Of a stretch of DNA of 64,000 bases, positions 37,396-46,862 are shown one piece after another. The notes beneath the pieces are model-generated. The model was not told the origin of the DNA and did no database searches. It was given only the letters and a program-made list of their open reading frames with translations. The position numbers and the translations under genes were made by a program. The DNA lies in the NCBI GenBank assembly GCA_030429545.1, contig JAUIFF010000001.1, forward strand, positions 467,599 to 531,598, in the 5' to 3' direction. Numbering within the stretch: position 1 is the first letter of the stretch; every line of letters begins with the position of its first letter. The stretch comes from Polyangia bacterium. Its GTDB lineage: Bacteria; Myxococcota_A; Polyangia; Nannocystales; Nannocystaceae.

Positions 37396-39273
37396 ATGAC
37401 CACGTCCAAACCTCCCATTCGCACGCTTTCGCAACGCCTGCCCGGCCTTGTGGTGGTTGCCCTCCTCGCCCTGTCAACCACCGCCGCGGCTGCGCCCGAG
37501 GACCCGGCCGAGCGCGTGGTGATGAAGCTCGACGAGTTTTTAAAGCTCTACGAGGCCAACAAAAAAGCCGAGTCGCCCGAGCAGACGCCGCGTGACCATG
37601 CCCTGAGTTCGGCCCATTACACCGGGACGGTCGTGCTCGACGAGGGCAAACCGGTGTCGGCGGTTTTTACCGCGAAGATGCGGGTGGAGGTGCTCAAAAA
37701 CAAGGGCTGGGCACGGGTGCCGATTTTGCCGGCGACGGTGGCCCTGCAGTCGGCGACGATCGGCAAGACCGAGGCGCCGATCGTCATCGAAAATGGCTTC
37801 TATACGTTGGTGACCAATCGGCCAGGTGCGGTCGACCTTGACGTTTCGTTTGCCGTTGCTGTGACCACCTCCGAGGGGAAAAGCGAAATCACCTTTGAGC
37901 TGGCACCCTCGGGCGCGACCTCGGCCACGCTGTCGGTACCGGCCAAGGAAAACCTCGACTTCACCGTACCCGGGGCCAAACTCAAGTCCGACCGGGTCGA
38001 GGCCGAAAATCGGGTTGTCGAGGCCACCATGCCGGCAACCGGCTCCCTGTCGATCCAATGGCAACGCGAGATTCCCGAGGCGGCCAAACAGTCGTCGCGG
38101 GTGTACAGCGAAGTCTACACATTGGTCGGGCTCGGCGACGGCCTGATGAAGGCAACTACCACCATTCACAACACCATTTTGTTTCGCGGCGTCGACAAGT
38201 TCAGTGTCAAGCTGCCCGAAAAGATGACCCTGCTCGATGTCTCCGGTGTCGGCATTCGCGATTGGAAGCAGACGCCCGATGGCCACCTCAATGTCGTGCT
38301 CAACTACGCCGCCGAGGGCACCTACACCCTCAAGTTGGAGCTCGAGCGCGTGGTGCCGGAGGGTGAAAAACAGCTCAAGGCACCGATCGTGGTGCCCGAG
38401 GGGGTCGAGCGCTCGAAGGGCTGGGTTGGCGTCGAGTCGCGTGGCAACATCGAAATCGGGGCGGGCGACGTTTCGGGGGCAACCACGGTCGATGTCCGCA
38501 GTTTGCCGGCGGCGATTTTGGGCATTACGCCGCAGCCGGTGTTGCTCGGCTACAAATATTTAGGTGCAGATGCAAAGGTTCCCCTGAAAATTGCCCACCA
38601 CGAAGACGTCGACGTGCTGGTGACCCTGCTCGACCAAACCCGGGCGCGGACCATGTGGACCCGCGAAGGTCGGCGGCTGACCTCGGTCAAATACCAAATT
38701 CGCAACAATCGCCGGCAGTTTCTCCGCCTCTCTCTGCCCAAGGGCGCGGAGTTGTGGAGTGCCTCGGTGGGTGGCCGCGCGGTCCAACCGGCGCGAGCTT
38801 CAGACGGGCGCACCCTGGTGCCACTGGTCCGCTCACAGGCGGCAGGTGGGGCACTGGCGGCGTTTGAAGTCGAGGTTGTCTATGTCGAAAATGGTCAGGC
38901 GGTCTCGGACCGTGGGCGCGGCACATTCAAGGCAACCCTGCCAACCGCCGACGCACCGAGCACATATGTCGCTTGGACCATCTACGCACCCGAGCGCGCC
39001 AAGGTGATCAAGCGTACCGTCGATGGCAACCTTCAGTTGGTCCGCCGCCTGACCAATCCGATTCCCACCGAGGACATGAACTACATCGAAACAGCGACCC
39101 CCGAGGTGCAAAACGTCGCCAATGTACAGGCCGACGACGGTGGGATGGGCGAGGGGGCGGTGCCGGTACCGGTGAGCCTTCCGCTGCAGGGCAAAGAGGT
39201 CAACTTTGAAAAGCTGCTCGCCCTCGACGAAACCCTCGAAGTTGAATTTCGCTTTCGCGGCTTACGCAAGTAG
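37396..39273 (+). CDS. secreted protein of unknown function; paralogue of 34573..37392
   Basis: The signal peptide is LVVVALLALSTTAAAAP. The paralogous block is described under the previous feature. A 2-nt gap separates it from the vWA gene. Confidence 0.6.
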   Translation: MTTSKPPIRTLSQRLPGLVVVALLALSTTAAAAPEDPAERVVMKLDEFLKLYEANKKAESPEQTPRDHALSSAHYTGTVVLDEGKPVSAVFTAKMRVEVLKNKGWARVPILPATVALQSATIGKTEAPIVIENGFYTLVTNRPGAVDLDVSFAVAVTTSEGKSEITFELAPSGATSATLSVPAKENLDFTVPGAKLKSDRVEAENRVVEATMPATGSLSIQWQREIPEAAKQSSRVYSEVYTLVGLGDGLMKATTTIHNTILFRGVDKFSVKLPEKMTLLDVSGVGIRDWKQTPDGHLNVVLNYAAEGTYTLKLELERVVPEGEKQLKAPIVVPEGVERSKGWVGVESRGNIEIGAGDVSGATTVDVRSLPAAILGITPQPVLLGYKYLGADAKVPLKIAHHEDVDVLVTLLDQTRARTMWTREGRRLTSVKYQIRNNRRQFLRLSLPKGAELWSASVGGRAVQPARASDGRTLVPLVRSQAAGGALAAFEVEVVYVENGQAVSDRGRGTFKATLPTADAPSTYVAWTIYAPERAKVIKRTVDGNLQLVRRLTNPIPTEDMNYIETATPEVQNVANVQADDGGMGEGAVPVPVSLPLQGKEVNFEKLLALDETLEVEFRFRGLRK

Positions 39274-39275
39274 GG

Positions 39276-40856
39276 ATGCCAATGAAAACCCATGTATCGG
39301 CATGTATTCGGCGGCAAGTCGGGCGACTGGCCTGCCTGGGGCTGCTGCTGCCGATGTCGGTCGCCGCCCAGCCCGAGGATGACGAAGATGACGAGCTGAA
39401 AATCGTCGACATGGGGATGGAGGTCGAAGCCAGTGTTGAGCCAGCCCCGCGAACCATGGTGTTTGAATTCGATGCGGATATGGCCGCTCCGGAGATGCCA
39501 GATGTTGCGGTCGACACCCCGGGCGTGGCGGTTGGAGGGGCACGCGACGTCGATTTGGTACGCAGCCGGCTCGAATCGGGAAGAATTCCCGAGCCCGCGC
39601 TCTTAGCCAGTGAAGGGTTTTTGGCCGAATACGACCTGCCGCTGACGCCCGCACCGCGGTGCTCGCAAAAACTATGTATCAACACACAAACCGTGGCGAC
39701 GTCGTTGATTGCTCGGCCCGCAGTCCACTACCTGACGCAACTTGGGTTTGGCAGCAACCTCGACATGTCGACGTTTCAGCGCCCGCCGCTTTATGCCGTT
39801 GTCGTGCTTGACCTCTCGCCGTCGATGCGAGGCTCACCATTGGCGACCGCGCAAGCTGCGATTATTGAGGTTGCGAACCAGCTGCGACCCGGCGACCAAC
39901 TGACGATTGTTGGCTTTGGTGTGAAGCCTGTGGTGTTACTGCCGGCCACGCCGATGCCCAATGTTTCGGCCGTTCATCAAGCGGTTGCCTACACGGAGGT
40001 CGGTGGTGGTACAGCACTCGAGCGAGGGCTGCATGCCGGGGTCCAGCTCGCCCGTCGTGCCCCTGCTGGCTATGCCACCCGCGTGTTCTTGATCACCGAC
40101 GATCGACCCACCGTGGGGCGTACGAGCGGCTCACCGTTTGTCAACCTGGCGAAACGGTCAGCTTCGCAGGGAGTTTCACTGACGACCATTGGTGTTGGTC
40201 CGCACTTTCAGGCCCCGCTGGCCCGCGCGTTGGCGGCGGTTCGCGGGGGCAACACCATGTATGTCCGCGATCCGCTCCACGCCAGCTCTCGTATTGCCGA
40301 GGAGTTCCCCGCCCTGGTAACAGAGCTTGCATATGCACTCGAAGTAGTGATTGATCCCGCGCCCGGAATGGCGATTGAAGGGGTGTTTGGTGTGCCTGGG
40401 GACATGTTGGTGCGCGACGGCGACAAGGTATCTTTGCGCGTCGAGACCCTGTTTTTGAGCAAAAAGCGCGGCGCCATTTTTTTGGCCCTGGCACCAAAGG
40501 GGCGGGCCAATCTGCCACGTGGGGCGATGAGAACCGGCGCCCACCTGGGGACCGTGCATATGCAATACCGCGACCTCGACGGCTCGCTCGACACCGGGCG
40601 TTCACAACTGCGAAACATCCATCCCGGGCGCACTGGCAAGGGCCTGCAACGGGGCGCGCTGCTGATTGAGCAAATAGAGGTTCTGCGGGCGATTTCAGAA
40701 CGTTCGACCACCGGTGTCGGTCGCGAGGCGAGGGCGATGGCCGAGAAGTTGAGTGCCCGGTTTACCGACATACATGACCCGGAGCTCACGCCCGCAGTCG
40801 AGCTGACCCAAATGTTGAACGATGTTGTTGGCCGGTCGACCACTGCCCCGCGCTAG
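39276..40856 (+). CDS. von Willebrand factor type A (vWA) domain protein
   Basis: A signal peptide is present. The MIDAS motif is DLSPSMRG, with ...TDD... and TIGVG vWA strands. Confidence 0.7.
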   Translation: MPMKTHVSACIRRQVGRLACLGLLLPMSVAAQPEDDEDDELKIVDMGMEVEASVEPAPRTMVFEFDADMAAPEMPDVAVDTPGVAVGGARDVDLVRSRLESGRIPEPALLASEGFLAEYDLPLTPAPRCSQKLCINTQTVATSLIARPAVHYLTQLGFGSNLDMSTFQRPPLYAVVVLDLSPSMRGSPLATAQAAIIEVANQLRPGDQLTIVGFGVKPVVLLPATPMPNVSAVHQAVAYTEVGGGTALERGLHAGVQLARRAPAGYATRVFLITDDRPTVGRTSGSPFVNLAKRSASQGVSLTTIGVGPHFQAPLARALAAVRGGNTMYVRDPLHASSRIAEEFPALVTELAYALEVVIDPAPGMAIEGVFGVPGDMLVRDGDKVSLRVETLFLSKKRGAIFLALAPKGRANLPRGAMRTGAHLGTVHMQYRDLDGSLDTGRSQLRNIHPGRTGKGLQRGALLIEQIEVLRAISERSTTGVGREARAMAEKLSARFTDIHDPELTPAVELTQMLNDVVGRSTTAPR

Positions 40857-40956
40857 GTGCTGAACACCGTGCAGCGAGGTGTCCCTACGGTCAGTAGAAG
40901 TGATTGGGCAATGGCCAAGCGACGCAGCTAGGACGGTTTGATACGATCTCCTGCTG

Positions 40957-42162
40957 ATGGGGACGATTGCCACCACCGCAGGGTTTTATCGTGACCTCCC
41001 GGTCCTCCAAGACTTTGCCACGATCGCCGACGTACAGACGTACCAACCTGTTCCTGACGACTGGTATGTGGTGATCACAGATGTTGTTGGTTCGACCCGG
41101 GCGATCGAAGCAGGCCGCTACAAGCAGGTCAATATCGCCGGTGGGATCGCGGCGATGGCCATTTCAAATGCTCTCGACGACATGGAATACCCGTTTGTGT
41201 TTGGCGGGGATGGCATCACGATCTTGGTGTACAGCGATTGGACCGATCGGGTGCGCGATGTGCTTGCTGATACACAAAAAATGGTGGCAGAGATGTTCGA
41301 GCTGCACCTGCGGGTCGGGCTGGTCCCGGTTGGGGATGTACGGGCGGCGGGGTTTGACATTCGCGTCGCCCGGGTGGAAATCAGTCCGTACTATAGCCAA
41401 GCCATGATCGAGGGCGAGGGGCTCGATTGGGCCGAGGAGCAGATCAAGGCCACGCGAGCCATCAACCCCTACCTGGTACCAGCGACCCATAAGGCCAAAC
41501 ACCGGGCCGATTTCAGCGGGTTTTCTTGCCGCTGGGAGGATGTCAAAAGTCCGCGGGGCGAGACGCTGGCCCTGATCGTCAAGCCCCAAAGCACCGAAGT
41601 CGACCGCGCACGGGCGACAATCCAGTCGGTTTTGCAGGTTATCGAGGACCATCTCGGTGACGACTACCATCCATTGCGCGAGGACAAACTCAAACCGACG
41701 CTGCGGGCCAACTACCTCAACAACGAAATCGGCGTCACCAGTCATCGCAGCTCGTCGGTTCGCCGCGTGCTCACACGTATTCGTGTATACGCAGAGGTTT
41801 CGGTGCTCAAGCTCGTGCTCAAGCTTGGGTTGAAAACGAACATTCGCGTCAACGGTTACGAACTCGACAAGCTACCGGCCGAGAATGTGCGCTCGGCCGA
41901 CTTTCGCAAGTTCGACAACACGCTCAAGATGATCGTTGCTTGTACACCGAGCCAGCGCGAGGGGCTGGTCGCCCAGTTTGAGCAGATGTATCGCGCGGGG
42001 CAGGTGTTCTACGGCGTTCACGTGTCCGACCGGGCGCTGACGACCTGTATGATGCACGAAGGCTCGGCCCGGGAGGTGCACTTTGTCGATGCGGCTGGCG
42101 GCGGGTATGCGTTGGCGGCCAAACAACTCAAGGCGCAGCTTCGGCGCGCCCGCGGTGGCTAG
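40957..42162 (+). CDS. DUF3095-family protein with a nucleotidyl-cyclase-like N-terminal motif
   Basis: The ~400-aa length fits DUF3095. The N-terminus YVVITDVVGSTRAIEAGRYKQVN...FVFGGDGITIL resembles the class III cyclase (F/Y)xDIVG(F/S)T ... GDG core. Confidence 0.55.
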   Translation: MGTIATTAGFYRDLPVLQDFATIADVQTYQPVPDDWYVVITDVVGSTRAIEAGRYKQVNIAGGIAAMAISNALDDMEYPFVFGGDGITILVYSDWTDRVRDVLADTQKMVAEMFELHLRVGLVPVGDVRAAGFDIRVARVEISPYYSQAMIEGEGLDWAEEQIKATRAINPYLVPATHKAKHRADFSGFSCRWEDVKSPRGETLALIVKPQSTEVDRARATIQSVLQVIEDHLGDDYHPLREDKLKPTLRANYLNNEIGVTSHRSSSVRRVLTRIRVYAEVSVLKLVLKLGLKTNIRVNGYELDKLPAENVRSADFRKFDNTLKMIVACTPSQREGLVAQFEQMYRAGQVFYGVHVSDRALTTCMMHEGSAREVHFVDAAGGGYALAAKQLKAQLRRARGG

Positions 42163-42188
42163 CAACCACTTTCACTGACGGCCAAACA

Positions 42189-42216
42189 AAACACCGCGAC
42201 CGAGGCCGCGGTGTTT
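42189..42216. terminator. bidirectional intrinsic terminator between convergent genes
   Basis: The 10-bp stem aaacaccgcg/cgcggtgttt has an 8-nt loop. An A-tract lies upstream and a T-tract downstream. Confidence 0.5.
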
Positions 42217-42232
42217 GACGCTCACACAGCGT

Positions 42233-43921
42233 CTAGTTTGAGCGCACGCGGATGGCGTCGGCGATCACAACGTCACCGGCCGCAGCCCAACACGAGAGGT
42301 CCACTCGGTTCCACCCCTGGTTGAAGTTGTAGGTCCCGAGGTTATTCCACTTGCCGCCATTTTGTTTCATGTTCGCGTGGACCGTGGCGAGCTTGGTGTT
42401 GTTAGAGTCGTAGACCAAAAACGGTGCGGCCGACGAACGGTTGTTACCCGAAACCCACCAGGCGTCGACCGTGAGGGTTTGCGCCGATTCGAGGTAGAAC
42501 TCAAACGAAGCCGGGTCGGATACGGCACCGGTTGAGCGCCACCAGTAGCCAGTGTTCCAATCGGTTGGACCACTCGACGAAACCCAGGTGTTCGAGACCG
42601 AGATTTTGGCATCGTCGCCGTTGTACGACTGATTGCTATCGACAATGATCTCGAGGTTGGGATCGGGCTCGGGCTCAGGCTCGGGCTCAGGCTCAGGCTC
42701 GGGCTCAGGCTCAGGCTCGGGCTCGGGCTCGGGCTCAGGCTCGGGCTCAGGAACGTTGTCGTTACAAAAATCGTTGATCAAGCCGATGTAGTTGTTCCAC
42801 GGCCAGTTGGCACCGGGGTCAACGCGGTTGTACGGCTGCAGCTGCCCGTGACCAACAATGTGGTACTTGTCGCGCGGGATGCCTTGGTCGCGGGTGATGT
42901 CACAGACCAACTCGGCCGACGCGTGGATCAGGCCCTTTTCCCACGAACCCTGGCTGGAGTAGCCCGCGTGCTCGATGCCGACGGTAAAGTTGTTGCTCCC
43001 CGAGCCGTTGCGCCAGCAGTCTTTGTCAGAGTTGAGCGAACACTTGTAGCTCGCGCCGATGTGCCAGGCCTTGCGGTTCTCGGCCACCAGTTGGGAGATT
43101 TCCGAGCCGTTGTTGTTGATGACGTAGTGGGCACTTACGCCTGAGTTGGGGTTTTTGAGCCAACTCCAGCAACCGCTGTAAGAACCTTCGCAGGTGTGGA
43201 TGATGACCATGTCCGCACCCCACGAGCCGCGTGAGCTGTTGTTGGGGGAGGGCCGCCAAATTGAGGGGGCGTAGTCCGGGCCAGAACCGAGTTGGACGTC
43301 GGGGAGGGCAGTGATGTCGAGGTCGAGATCGAGTGCGGTCGGGACCGGGCCATTTTCCATGGCCGGGTAGATTTCGTCGAGGACGTACGCGGCACGTCCC
43401 TCGTCGCCTTCAATGCCACTGTACTCGGCGACGATGTTGCCCCAGGCGTTGAGATCGTCGCGGTTGGCGATGCCTTCTCCATCGGCCTGTACCGAAAGCC
43501 AGGCGGCGGCGGCCCGAATATTTGCAAATGCATCGGTTTTGGCTTCGAGCTCGTCAACCCCCGCGAGTGAGGCACCCTCGCGCAGGATGTCGCCGCGTAG
43601 GGCCATCAGGCCGTAGGCAAGTTGCTGGCCGTCAAACTCCTCGGTGCCAACGACCATCTGCCAGCGGGTTTCGACCAGGGCGATTGATTTGAGCAGGTCG
43701 ACGGGAACGCTGAACTCGTCGGCAGCGTCGTCAAACATGCCGGCCAAATCGTCGGGGCTTGGGGTCTCGGGGGTGTCGAGCCCAGGGTTGTCATCGTCAT
43801 CGTCTCCACTTTCGCCATCGATGCCGGCACTGTCGCCGGGACCCCGGTCCTCACCAGTACAGCCAGGGGCCATGGCAAGTGCGAGCAGAAACACAGGGAT
43901 GCGTGGGTATGTAGCTTTCAT
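42233..43921 (-). CDS. N-acetylmuramoyl-L-alanine amidase (Amidase_2/PGRP) lipoprotein with a (PE)n linker and a C-terminal beta-rich domain
   Basis: The start is taken at [21 protein letters not shown] (lipobox) within ORF 42233..44089. The Amidase_2 motifs are AHYVI...AWHIGAS...GIEHAG. A (PE)14 linker and a W/N-rich C-terminal domain follow. Confidence 0.7.
   Translation of the reverse strand: MKATYPRIPVFLLALAMAPGCTGEDRGPGDSAGIDGESGDDDDDNPGLDTPETPSPDDLAGMFDDAADEFSVPVDLLKSIALVETRWQMVVGTEEFDGQQLAYGLMALRGDILREGASLAGVDELEAKTDAFANIRAAAAWLSVQADGEGIANRDDLNAWGNIVAEYSGIEGDEGRAAYVLDEIYPAMENGPVPTALDLDLDITALPDVQLGSGPDYAPSIWRPSPNNSSRGSWGADMVIIHTCEGSYSGCWSWLKNPNSGVSAHYVINNNGSEISQLVAENRKAWHIGASYKCSLNSDKDCWRNGSGSNNFTVGIEHAGYSSQGSWEKGLIHASAELVCDITRDQGIPRDKYHIVGHGQLQPYNRVDPGANWPWNNYIGLINDFCNDNVPEPEPEPEPEPEPEPEPEPEPEPEPEPEPDPNLEIIVDSNQSYNGDDAKISVSNTWVSSSGPTDWNTGYWWRSTGAVSDPASFEFYLESAQTLTVDAWWVSGNNRSSAAPFLVYDSNNTKLATVHANMKQNGGKWNNLGTYNFNQGWNRVDLSCWAAAGDVVIADAIRVRSN
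42664..42750 (-). repeat. coding hexanucleotide repeat (gggctc/aggctc) encoding a (Pro-Glu)n linker
   Basis: About 15 tandem GGSTCR hexamers on the + strand encode [32 protein letters not shown] on the - strand. Confidence 0.8.
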
Positions 43922-44194
43922 GGAGGAACTTCCCGAGTTCAGGTGTCGGTGTTCTAACACACCATGCGACAGCAACGGGAAGCGGTTTTCTGTGCACCGG
44001 TGCACAAGTCTTCGTGTGTAGATGTGTGCGAATACAACGTTTACTATGCAAATGGTTACATCGTTGGGGACATCGTCTACAGGCCTCATTCCGCACGTGG
44101 GAGCTGTCCCAGTAGCCAGGGAATCTCCAGTCGATGTATGAACACGCTCCCGCGACCAACCGCTTGATCAAAATACGGCGAATGCTGGGAAAGT

Positions 44195-45874
44195 TTGGAC
44201 TCGATGCGCAACGACCTCAATCGTAAGTATGTTCTCCCGCTCCTTGGCGTGGTCCTAGCGGCTGCGTGCGGCGAAAGTTCGAGTACGACGACCGACGCGA
44301 CACAGACCGCTGGGACCGCACAAAGCACCACGGCCGAGCCAACTGGCGAAAGCGATAGCGATGCCACTTCGACGGGCGGGCCCACTTCGGGAACATCTTC
44401 GGTAACATCTTCGGTCACCGAATCCAGCTCCTCTGCGTCGACAGATGTGAGCGAGACTTCGCAGACGACCGGCGAGCCCCCACCAGAACTCACGTCGGTT
44501 GGCCATGCCAGGGAGTTCCGCGGGGCCTGGGTGGCGACCGTTTACAACATCAATTACCCAAGTGCGACGGGGCTGAGCCGCGCCGAGCTAGAGGCCGAAA
44601 TCGTCGACATGCTCGATACCCTCGAGCAGCTCAACTTTAATGCAATTGTGTTTCAGGTACGCCCAGAGTCGGATGCATTGTATGTATCTGCAATCGAGCC
44701 GTGGTCGCGGTTTGTCAGCGGGACCCAGGGCGTTGCCCCTGCCGATGGGTTTGACCCCCTTCAGTTTGTCACCGAGCAGGCCCATGCGCGCAACATCGAG
44801 GTTCATGCATGGTTCAACCCGTACCGCGCCAAGGTCAACAACCAGCTCGGAGCTGACCCTTCGCACATATCCGAAATCTATCCCGAGGCCGCCCACAACT
44901 ACGGCACCCTGTTGTGGATGGACCCGGGGGCCGAGGAGGTCAGCGGGTGGTTTGTCGATGTCATCGCCGATGTGGTCAGCAACTACGACATCGACGGCGT
45001 CCACTTTGACGACTACTTCTACCCGTACCCCGATGGCAGCCCGTTTCCCGACGATGCAACCTGGAGCGCGTACCAGCAAAATGGTGGGATGCTGTCGCGC
45101 GACGATTGGCGCCGCGACAACGTCAACCGCCTAGTTGAGGATGTATCGGCAACAATTTCAGCACTACGTCCGGACGTGCGCTTTGGCATCAGCCCGTTTG
45201 GAATTTACCGACCCGGGATGCCGGAGGGGATTACTGGCCTCGACCAATATGCCGAGTTGTTTTCAGACCCGGTGGCATGGATGGCCGCGGGGTGGGTCGA
45301 CTACCTCGCGCCCCAGCTGTACTGGCCATCGACCCAAGCGCCCCAGGCCTACGGCCCGTTGATCGCGTGGTGGTCGGAGCTGACTGCGGGTGACCAGGGC
45401 TATATTTTTGCCGGCAACTATTTGGCCAAGGTTGGGTCCGAACCCAAGTGGTCGGTCGATGAGTTCCTCACCCAGGTCGACCTCAGTCGGGGACAGCGGC
45501 CGAATGGTTCGTTTGGCAACATCTACTACCACATCGACCCGTTGATGAGCGACGCCGAGGGCGTTGCCACGGCGCTGTTTGAACATGCCTACACCGAGCC
45601 GGCATTGACTCCGGTGTTGATCTCCGCCCAGGGCGAAGAAATTCCCTACCCAGAGATTTCGGTGACTGGCGAGACCATCGAGCTGAGCCCGCCCGACGGC
45701 CTGGAGTCGACGGATTTACGTGCGTATACAATCTATACGTTTGTCGAGGGCGAATGGCAGCTCCACCAGGTCGTCGGCGGCGAAGCAACCTCGGTCGCGC
45801 TACCGGCCGGCCAGGTTGCGGTTGCCGCGGTCGATAGGCGTGGTGTGGAAAGCCTCGGGGTTGTTATCGAATAA
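44195..45874 (+). CDS. GHL10 (DUF187/YddW-like) glycoside-hydrolase-like lipoprotein with a Ser/Thr-rich linker
   Basis: It has a lipobox (LAAAC) and an STT-rich linker. The GHL10 signature is FRGAWVATVYNINYPS; the TIM-barrel-like body has DGVHFDDYFYP. Confidence 0.7.
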   Translation: MDSMRNDLNRKYVLPLLGVVLAAACGESSSTTTDATQTAGTAQSTTAEPTGESDSDATSTGGPTSGTSSVTSSVTESSSSASTDVSETSQTTGEPPPELTSVGHAREFRGAWVATVYNINYPSATGLSRAELEAEIVDMLDTLEQLNFNAIVFQVRPESDALYVSAIEPWSRFVSGTQGVAPADGFDPLQFVTEQAHARNIEVHAWFNPYRAKVNNQLGADPSHISEIYPEAAHNYGTLLWMDPGAEEVSGWFVDVIADVVSNYDIDGVHFDDYFYPYPDGSPFPDDATWSAYQQNGGMLSRDDWRRDNVNRLVEDVSATISALRPDVRFGISPFGIYRPGMPEGITGLDQYAELFSDPVAWMAAGWVDYLAPQLYWPSTQAPQAYGPLIAWWSELTAGDQGYIFAGNYLAKVGSEPKWSVDEFLTQVDLSRGQRPNGSFGNIYYHIDPLMSDAEGVATALFEHAYTEPALTPVLISAQGEEIPYPEISVTGETIELSPPDGLESTDLRAYTIYTFVEGEWQLHQVVGGEATSVALPAGQVAVAAVDRRGVESLGVVIE

Positions 45875-45876
45875 TG

Positions 45877-45894
45877 ACTACATGGACATGTAGT
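45877..45894. promoter_or_regulatory. perfect 8-2-8 palindrome actacatg-ga-catgtagt
   Basis: It sits immediately after the GHL10 stop and ~110 bp upstream of the small ORF. It may be an operator or a short hairpin. Confidence 0.3.
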
Positions 45895-46003
45895 TAGAGA
45901 CATGTTTTTGAGCGATTGCTTCGACTCGCTGAACGATTTGAGTTGCTCAGGCGGCAACGATTCTGGAAACTGCCCCTGCTAGAGTTCTTTTTAGGAGGAA
46001 GCA

Positions 46004-46147
46004 ATGACAGACGAGCCAACAAGCGAAGAAGAGACCCCTGAGACTGACGCAGAGCCTGCCGCCGAGGAGCGACCAACGCAGACGCCTCCGTCGTCAGGTA
46101 ACCGCCTCAATGACCAAGATATCACGCTGGGATTTATCCTGAAGTAA
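46004..46147 (+). CDS. unannotated 47-aa acidic small protein (MTDEPTSEEETPETDAEPAAEERPTQTPPSSGNRLNDQDITLGFILK)
   Basis: A strong SD (taggagga) sits 5-8 nt upstream of the ATG. The frame is open for 47 codons. A GC hairpin plus T-run terminator follows ~30 nt downstream. It is not in the supplied track (below 60 aa). Confidence 0.4.
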   Translation: MTDEPTSEEETPETDAEPAAEERPTQTPPSSGNRLNDQDITLGFILK

Positions 46148-46178
46148 TCCATGAGTGGCCGTTTGGTCGAAATCACCT

Positions 46179-46200
46179 CGGGGCGGCATGCCCCGTTTTT
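46179..46200 (+). terminator. intrinsic terminator after the small ORF
   Basis: cggggc-ggcat-gccccg followed by ttttt. Confidence 0.55.
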
Positions 46201-46250
46201 GATCGCCCGCAGGGAAATGTAGGGGAAATGTGCAAATACACAGTGAGTGT

Positions 46251-46281
46251 TTGACACTACGACGGTTTCGCCATGTGTAAA
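46251..46281 (+). promoter_or_regulatory. weak sigma-70-like promoter candidate (TTGACA ... TGTAAA) upstream of the cytochrome gene
   Basis: ttgaca is at 46251-46256, with tgtgta/tgtaaa 17-19 bp downstream. The -10 match is poor. Confidence 0.2.
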
Positions 46282-46341
46282 CCCATAGGTCTGGACGGAG
46301 AAATATCCCCGCGAGTCGCCTGGCCCGGGTATGCTGGCGAT

Positions 46342-46752
46342 ATGCGCAGGTGCTTGCTCGCTGGTGTCGTCGTGTTCGGTTGCTCGGCTGAACCGAAGAC
46401 TTGGGCGCAGCGCGATCGCGACGAACGGATGGCCTACATGCAAGAAGTTGTGTTGCCGACGATGCGCGAGATTTTTATTGCCTACGACCCAGACCGCTAT
46501 GCCGACTTTTCGTGTGCGACCTGTCATGGCAACGATGCCGCTGCGGTCGACTACGCCATGCCCAACGCCCTCGGCCCCCTACCGCTCGATGGCACCCTTG
46601 AGGTTGCGATGGCCCGCAATCCCGAGATGACGGCATTTATGCTCGACGAGGTGTTCCCAACCATGGTCGAGCTACTCGACGAGCAAAAGTACAATCCGCA
46701 ATCGGCTCCCAACGGCTACCGATGTGTCGGGTGCCACCTCGTGGCCGAGTGA
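46342..46752 (+). CDS. small dihaem c-type cytochrome lipoprotein
   Basis: There are two CxxCH motifs (CATCHG, CVGCHL) and a lipobox (VVVFGCSA). The start is at MRRCLLAG within ORF 46273..46752. Confidence 0.55.
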   Translation: MRRCLLAGVVVFGCSAEPKTWAQRDRDERMAYMQEVVLPTMREIFIAYDPDRYADFSCATCHGNDAAAVDYAMPNALGPLPLDGTLEVAMARNPEMTAFMLDEVFPTMVELLDEQKYNPQSAPNGYRCVGCHLVAE

Positions 46753-46862
46753 GATCTGCCGCCAGCAACATGCAGGTACACCGGGTCTGGGCTTGATCGG
46801 GTGCCCCAACGTGCAGATGTCGGTAGACGCTTTCGCACGCGGGCGCGATACTGCCGGCGCCG

